Positions 58,634 to 64,000 of a stretch of DNA of 64,000 nucleotides are shown here, one piece after another; positions within the stretch are counted from its first letter, which is position 1, and the number at the start of each line of letters is the position of its first letter. The stretch is from the NCBI GenBank assembly GCA_017302575.1, contig JAFLDD010000001.1:713988-777987 (forward strand), read 5' to 3'. A program made the position numbers and the translations under genes. Source of the stretch: Alphaproteobacteria bacterium (lineage in GTDB: Bacteria > Pseudomonadota > Alphaproteobacteria > Rickettsiales > UBA3002). Under the pieces are notes generated by a model. The model did not search any database and was not told where the DNA came from. It saw only the letters and a list, made by a program, of their open reading frames with translations.

Positions 58634-61414
58634 CTAATGGATTTTTCCCCAGTTTTGACCTGTGCCCATCTCAACCGTGAGCGGTACGGAGAGGTTCGCT
58701 GCGCGCTCCATTGTCCTCTTCACCTCGTTGGCTAGGGATTCCGCCGTATTTGCGGGCGCCTCAATGACCAGTTCGTCATGCACTTGTAGGAGTAATTTGG
58801 CCTGTGATTGCGCACATAATTCATACACACCCACCATAGCACGCTTGATGATATCTGCCGCCGTGCCCTGAAGTGGCGCATTGATGGCGGCACGCTCCGA
58901 GAAGTTGCGCATATTCGGGTTCTTATCGTTAATGCCCTTCACATGCACTTTGCGCCCATCGAGCGTTTGTACGTAGCCATGCGTGCGGGCAAAAGCGATG
59001 GTCGTGTCCATATATTCGCGAATGCCTGGATATTGTTTGAAGTATTTGTCGATATATTCGCCCGCCTCGGTGCGTGAAATACCCAAACGCGCTGCCAAGC
59101 CATGCGCGCTGATGCCGTAAATGATACCGAAGTTGATGGTCTTGGCGCTGCGGCGCAGGTCGCCCGTTACCTCTTCCACCTTCACGCCGAACATCTGGCT
59201 CGCGGTGACCGCGTGAATATCGATATTCTTAATGAAGGCTTCCTTTAGCACGTCGATATTCGCCACATGCGCCAGCAAGCGCAATTCGATTTGCGAATAG
59301 TCGGCAGAGATAAGCGAATGGTTTGGCGCGGCAATAAACGCATCGCGAATTTGACGGCCAAGCTCTGTACGAATGGGAATGTTTTGCAAATTCGGGTCGG
59401 TGGATGACAAGCGACCTGTTGTGGTCGAGGCAAGCCCATAGCTGGTGTGCACCCTGCCCGTGCGCGCATTAATTGCTTCGGGCAATGCGTCGGTATAGGT
59501 ACTTTTCAATTTGCTCATATGCCGCCAGTCGAGCACTTTTTGCGCAATCTCGTGACCATCGGCTGCGAGAATTTCCAGCGTTTCCGCATCCGTGGTATAA
59601 GCACCCGACTTGGCGGATTTCTTGCCACCTTCGAGCTGCAACTTATCGAATAGCACTTCACCCAGTTGCTTTGGCGAGCCAATCGAGAACGGCATACCCG
59701 CGAGTTTTTGTACATCTTCATCCAGCGTTGCCATATGCTCGGCGAGGTAGCGTGAAAGTTCATTCAGCTTGTTTTTATCAATCGTGATGCCCGTTGCTTC
59801 CATCGCCGTGATGATTGGAATCAATGGGCGGTCGATGGTTTCATAGACGCCCATCACCTGCTTCTCGACGAGTTGCGGTAGTAGCGCATGATAGAGGCGC
59901 AGCGTAAAATCTGCATCTTCGGCGGCGTATTTCGTGGCGCTATCGATATCGACTTCATCGAATGTTTTGCGGGCTTTGCCTGTGCCCGTCACTTCGTCGA
60001 AGGAAATCATTTTATGGCCGCAATAATTTTGCGCCAACTCGTCGAGATTATGCGCGTGCAGACCCGCGCCAATGGCGTAAGACATTAACATCGTGTCGCC
60101 CACAGGCGCGATGCGCACCTTATATTTATCGAGCACCACCAAATCATATTTGAGGTTATGGCCAACTTTGAGTGTGCCAGCATGCGTAAAAAGCGGCTCT
60201 AAAATCTTCAACGCTTCATCACGCGGGATTTGCCCATCGACCAAGCGGCGCTTGGGTGCCGAACTGAACATATCGTCTTGCGCTTTGGCGGCTTCGCCTT
60301 CCACATGCGCAAGCGGAATGTAAGCAGCTTTACCCGCCGCCGTGGCAAGCGATATACCCACCAATTCGGCACTTGCGGCGTTGAGGGATGTGGTTTCCGT
60401 ATCCACCGCCACGAGCCCTGCTGCGATAGCTTCATCCACCCATTTTTTGAGAGTGGCGGCATCACGAATGGTTTCGTATTTTATTTCAACAACAGGCTGC
60501 ATCGCTTTGGTTTTATAAGGTTCTGTCGCAACGGTGGTGGATTGCACCGCCGATGGGTCACCACCAAATTTTTTAATGAGCGTCGTGAAATTCTGTTCCG
60601 TTAAGAATGCCAACAGCACATCTAAATCGAGTGGCTTGGCGTGCAAATCATCAATCGGCTCTGGCAAGGGAACGTCTTTTTTGAGCTCCACCAATTGGCG
60701 CGAGATGCGCGCGGCTTCAGCATGGGTTTGCAATGATTCACGGCGTTTGGGTTGCTTGATCTGGTCGAGATTCGCCAAGAGATTCTCAAGCGTTCCGAAT
60801 TGATTAATCAGCTCTGCTGCTGTTTTTGGGCCAATGCCTGGAACACCCGGAACGTTATCGACGGAGTCACCAATCAGCGCCTGCACCTCGGTCATTTTTT
60901 CGGGGGCGACACCGAATTTCTCCATCACCACATCCAGCCCGATGTCTTTTTGCTTCATCGGGTCGCGCATTTTAACGCCGTCGGTGATGAGCTGCATCAA
61001 GTCTTTGTCGGAGGAGATGATAAGGGTTTCCATGCCTTGCTTCTTCGCGGCTTCGGCATAGCTTGCTATCAAATCATCGGCTTCATAGTCCGCCAATTCG
61101 ATTGCGGGAATGCCCAAAGCGATCGTGGCTTCGCGCACCAATGCAAATTGTGGCACCAAATCTTCGGGCGCAGGTGGGCGGTGCGCTTTATATTCTGGGT
61201 AAATCGTTTGGCGGAATGAAATACGCGATGCGTCAAAAATCACGACTAAATGGTCGTCCGCATAGCTCTCACGAAGCTTAATCATCATATTGGTGAAGCC
61301 ATAGACTGCGCCAACGGGCGTACCGTCTTTACGCGTGAGCGGCGGCAAAGCGTGATAGGCACGGAAGATATATCCCGAGCCGTCGACCAATACTAAACGC
61401 GCGCTATCTGACAT
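58634..61414 (-). CDS. polA: DNA polymerase I
   Basis: 926 aa with a 5-prime nuclease domain, a 3-prime-5-prime exo domain (VDTETTSL) and pol motifs A (DYSQIELRLLAH), B (RRSAKTINFGIIYG) and C (QVHDELV). Confidence 0.97.
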   Translation of the reverse strand: MSDSARLVLVDGSGYIFRAYHALPPLTRKDGTPVGAVYGFTNMMIKLRESYADDHLVVIFDASRISFRQTIYPEYKAHRPPAPEDLVPQFALVREATIALGIPAIELADYEADDLIASYAEAAKKQGMETLIISSDKDLMQLITDGVKMRDPMKQKDIGLDVVMEKFGVAPEKMTEVQALIGDSVDNVPGVPGIGPKTAAELINQFGTLENLLANLDQIKQPKRRESLQTHAEAARISRQLVELKKDVPLPEPIDDLHAKPLDLDVLLAFLTEQNFTTLIKKFGGDPSAVQSTTVATEPYKTKAMQPVVEIKYETIRDAATLKKWVDEAIAAGLVAVDTETTSLNAASAELVGISLATAAGKAAYIPLAHVEGEAAKAQDDMFSSAPKRRLVDGQIPRDEALKILEPLFTHAGTLKVGHNLKYDLVVLDKYKVRIAPVGDTMLMSYAIGAGLHAHNLDELAQNYCGHKMISFDEVTGTGKARKTFDEVDIDSATKYAAEDADFTLRLYHALLPQLVEKQVMGVYETIDRPLIPIITAMEATGITIDKNKLNELSRYLAEHMATLDEDVQKLAGMPFSIGSPKQLGEVLFDKLQLEGGKKSAKSGAYTTDAETLEILAADGHEIAQKVLDWRHMSKLKSTYTDALPEAINARTGRVHTSYGLASTTTGRLSSTDPNLQNIPIRTELGRQIRDAFIAAPNHSLISADYSQIELRLLAHVANIDVLKEAFIKNIDIHAVTASQMFGVKVEEVTGDLRRSAKTINFGIIYGISAHGLAARLGISRTEAGEYIDKYFKQYPGIREYMDTTIAFARTHGYVQTLDGRKVHVKGINDKNPNMRNFSERAAINAPLQGTAADIIKRAMVGVYELCAQSQAKLLLQVHDELVIEAPANTAESLANEVKRTMERAANLSVPLTVEMGTGQNWGKIH

Positions 61415-61477
61415 TTACTTGCACCTTGGGGAATTCGCGCTACACCATAGCCTTGAAGATTGATATGGGAAGTGATT

Positions 61478-62131
61478 ATGACAATTCATCTACAAGGGCC
61501 TGACCTTGCACCCACAAGCGGAACGGTAAAGCGCTTGGTGATATTGCTGCATGGTCTGGGTTCTGATGGCAATGACCTTATTGGCCTTGCGCCACTGATG
61601 AAGGAAGCGCTGCCCGACACGCATTTCATTTCGCCCAATGCGCCCTTCCCGTGCGATATGGCGCCATATGGTCACCAATGGTTCTCGCTGCAAGATCGCA
61701 GCTTAGGCGCGATGCTGAAAGGTGTTCGGACGGTTGCGCCGATTGTGAACCAGTTTATCGATGCACAGCGCGACCGATTTAAATTGCGTGACGCAGACAT
61801 AGCGTTATTGGGCTTCTCGCAAGGAACGATGACCTCGCTTTATGTTGGGCCACGGCGTTCTAAACCCCTTGCAGGAATTGTTGGATTCTCAGGCGCGATG
61901 ATTGGCGCGGATCTTTTGCACGATGAAATACGCAGCAAGCCACCCGTGTGTTTAATCCATGGTGAAGAAGATATGGTGGTACCGTTCGCCGCTATGCAAC
62001 ACGCTACCTATGCGCTGGCCACTGAGCATGTCGAAGTCGAGTCGCACGCGCGCCCGTACCTTCCGCATAGCATTGACCCTGAAGGTCTTGATATTGCCGT
62101 GAATTTCTTGAAGAAGTGTTTCGGGATTTAA
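61478..62131 (+). CDS. phospholipase/carboxylesterase-family alpha/beta hydrolase
   Basis: About 217 aa from MTIHLQG, with motifs LLHGLGSDGNDL, the nucleophile GFSQGT, HGEEDMVVP and a C-terminal His. The track start is TTG 61460. Confidence 0.8.
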   Translation: MTIHLQGPDLAPTSGTVKRLVILLHGLGSDGNDLIGLAPLMKEALPDTHFISPNAPFPCDMAPYGHQWFSLQDRSLGAMLKGVRTVAPIVNQFIDAQRDRFKLRDADIALLGFSQGTMTSLYVGPRRSKPLAGIVGFSGAMIGADLLHDEIRSKPPVCLIHGEEDMVVPFAAMQHATYALATEHVEVESHARPYLPHSIDPEGLDIAVNFLKKCFGI

Positions 62132-63183
62132 GCGTCGCGCCCGATAGCATCGTGGATCGATTTTAGTCCATCACGCTCCAGCAATTTCACCAATCCGCGA
62201 TTAATGTCGTTTACCAAGCCGAAGCCTTTATAAATAAGCGCCGTGTATAGCTGCACGGCTGTCGCGCCCGCTTTGATTTTTGCATAAGCATCCTCAGCAC
62301 TTGAAATGCCACCCACACCAATAAGCGGAATGCGCCCTTCGGTGAGTTGGTACATATGCTTCAACACTTGCGTTGATTTTTGGAAAAGCGGTTTGCCGCT
62401 TAGCCCGCCCTGCTCGTTTGCATATGTGCTCATCTCCACACCGTCACGTGTGATGGTGGTATTGCTGACAATCAGTCCATCGATTTTTAATGTGAGGGCA
62501 ACATCAGCAATATCTTTAAGAGCCGCAGCATTATTATCGGGTGCTATCTTTACAAAGATAGGCTTGCGCGCCAAGCCCGCTTTTACCAAGTCGGCACGTA
62601 CGTCGTGCACCGCACGGACGAGCGGTTGCAATGCCTCCGCCCCTTGAAGGTTACGCAGGCCAGGCGTGTTAGGTGACGAGATATTCACCGTGATATAATC
62701 AACCAGCGCATAGAGTGTGCGCATAGCGGCAGCATAATCACTCGCCGCATCTTCTGTGTCTTTGTTTTTGCCGATATTGCCACCAACCACGCCACCCTGC
62801 TTGCGATGCCGTAAATTCCACGCGGCAGCTTCCATGCCTTCATTATTGAAACCGAGGCGGTTAATGATGGCTTCTTGCTCTACCAGACGAAAGATGCGCG
62901 GCGCGGGATTTCCCGCCTGCGCTTTCGGCGTTACGGTGCCAACTTCAGCAAACCCAAAACCTGATTTAAGTGCCGCACTGTAGACTTCAGCATTCTTATC
63001 GAACCCAGCAGCAAGCCCAACAGGGTTGGGAAGATTCAAGCCGGCAATTTCAGTGTTCAGTCGCGCATCGCTCACTGTGCAGGCTGGAACGGCACCTATT
63101 TTCAGTGCACGTATCGCTGCACGATGTGCTTGTTCGGGAGGAAGCGAAAAAACGACTGGGCGAATGAGGGAATAGAGGCTCAT
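62128..63183 (-). CDS. pyrD: dihydroorotate dehydrogenase (quinone), class 2
   Basis: 351 aa with motifs GLAAGFDKN, GFNN.G, NISSPNTPGLR, the active Ser in IVSNTT and GVGGI. Confidence 0.93.
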   Translation of the reverse strand: MSLYSLIRPVVFSLPPEQAHRAAIRALKIGAVPACTVSDARLNTEIAGLNLPNPVGLAAGFDKNAEVYSAALKSGFGFAEVGTVTPKAQAGNPAPRIFRLVEQEAIINRLGFNNEGMEAAAWNLRHRKQGGVVGGNIGKNKDTEDAASDYAAAMRTLYALVDYITVNISSPNTPGLRNLQGAEALQPLVRAVHDVRADLVKAGLARKPIFVKIAPDNNAAALKDIADVALTLKIDGLIVSNTTITRDGVEMSTYANEQGGLSGKPLFQKSTQVLKHMYQLTEGRIPLIGVGGISSAEDAYAKIKAGATAVQLYTALIYKGFGLVNDINRGLVKLLERDGLKSIHDAIGRDA

Positions 63184-63192
63184 ATGTGCGTG

Positions 63193-64000
63193 CTAGCGCA
63201 CACGAACGACTTGCGCAACCTTCGTCGCGGTTCCCTGTGGAGCATTCAGCACCATCATAGGGTCAATGCGCTGGCCATTCTTCTTGATACGATAATCGAG
63301 GTGCGGCCCTGTTGAGCGACCCGTTGAGCCCAGTTTACCAATGGCCTGTCCTTGTGCGACACGCTGGCCAACGCGCACTGATTGCGCACTCAAGTGGCCA
63401 TAGGTGCTTTCGCTACCATCGTTATGTGCAATAGTGATGTGCTGCCCCAGACCACGGCCTGTGGCCACTTCCTTCACGGTTCCTGCGGCGCTAGCCAGAA
63501 TCGGCGTGCCCGTTGCTGCGGCGATATCAATGCCGCCGTGGAAACGCATTTTCCCATGGAAGGGGTCCTTGCGCATACCATAGCCAGAGCTGATTTTCTG
63601 GTTCACGTTGCTAGCAATAGGCCAAATATGGCCGCTACGACTTGCCGTGTTGGTGTTGCGCATGGTTTCGCCAAATACAGGTGAATCGCTGCCGCCATTA
63701 TCACCAAACAAATCCGTCACGGCGTTACCGCGCGTTACAACGGGCGCACCATCCGCTTGTAACATCGCCACCTGTGCTGGCGCAGATTCTGTTGCACGCA
63801 CGACATTCGGACGCCGCGCTGCACGAATCACCAAATCACGATCAAGACGCATGAAGCCTGAACGCATCGCTTTCATGTCGGAGCGCTGCACTTGTGTCTG
63901 ACGGATAGGTGTGGATGGCACACCCATGCGCGCTGGTGCCAATGCCATGAATTTTTTGCCTGCAATAATTTTGCTATCGGCCAGCGTAGGCTGAGCAACC
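63193..64000 (-). CDS. M23 (LytM-type) peptidase-domain protein, 5-prime end outside the window
   Basis: It has FHGGIDIAA (HxxxD) and GPHLDYRI, where HLD replaces the usual HxH. The frame remains open from ATG 63948 to the window edge, so the gene probably starts beyond nt 64000. Confidence 0.8.
   Translation of the reverse strand, partial: VAQPTLADSKIIAGKKFMALAPARMGVPSTPIRQTQVQRSDMKAMRSGFMRLDRDLVIRAARRPNVVRATESAPAQVAMLQADGAPVVTRGNAVTDLFGDNGGSDSPVFGETMRNTNTASRSGHIWPIASNVNQKISSGYGMRKDPFHGKMRFHGGIDIAAATGTPILASAAGTVKEVATGRGLGQHITIAHNDGSESTYGHLSAQSVRVGQRVAQGQAIGKLGSTGRSTGPHLDYRIKKNGQRIDPMMVLNAPQGTATKVAQVVRVR

Overview
This 64-kb chromosomal segment reads like an alphaproteobacterial core region. 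Supporting markers are ALA-synthase hemA, ctaA, the bolA/J-protein/cobS/cobT cluster, a 17-kDa-antigen-type lipoprotein, DUF465 and a phasin. I count about 62 protein genes plus one tRNA. Coding density is very high, with many overlapping stop/start codons. I saw no rRNA, CRISPR array, transposase or integrase.

Left part: a 5-prime-truncated ppiD-like gene, trpEGDC, comEC, gltX, def-fmt, a PAS-GGDEF gene, htpG, aroC, fabI, ctaA, hemA, ohr, a phasin and metE.

Middle part: an accessory patch between metE and tsaC, centred on tRNA-Asn(GTT). It holds two tandem alkaline-ceramidase-family 7-TM proteins, a single-Cys orphan with Cys-His-Asp spacing, a CPBP/Abi protease, a sulfotransferase-like orphan and a serine-hydrolase-like orphan.

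Right part: parA-like/ogt, bolA, cobS/cobT, rpmB, the replication cluster gyrB-recF-dnaN ... dnaA, rpsT, mutM, ubiE-ubiB-coaBC-dut-cysK-moeB, polA, pyrD and an M23 peptidase that runs off the window.

The most noteworthy observations are:
- A diverged copy of the gyrB 3-prime end lies 0.5 kb downstream of the real one. The two copies bracket an orphan 110-aa gene, which looks like an integration footprint without an integrase.
- The enzyme patch around tRNA-Asn has a eukaryote-like flavour.
- An orphan membrane protein distantly resembling heme-copper oxidase subunit I is divergent from ctaA.
- Perfect DnaA boxes are about ten-fold over-represented and sit in odd places, while dnaA and dnaN are split by an opposite-strand sugar-nucleotidyltransferase cassette.

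All functional calls come from motif recognition in the supplied translations and from reading the DNA by eye. No database search, fold prediction or statistics could be run.
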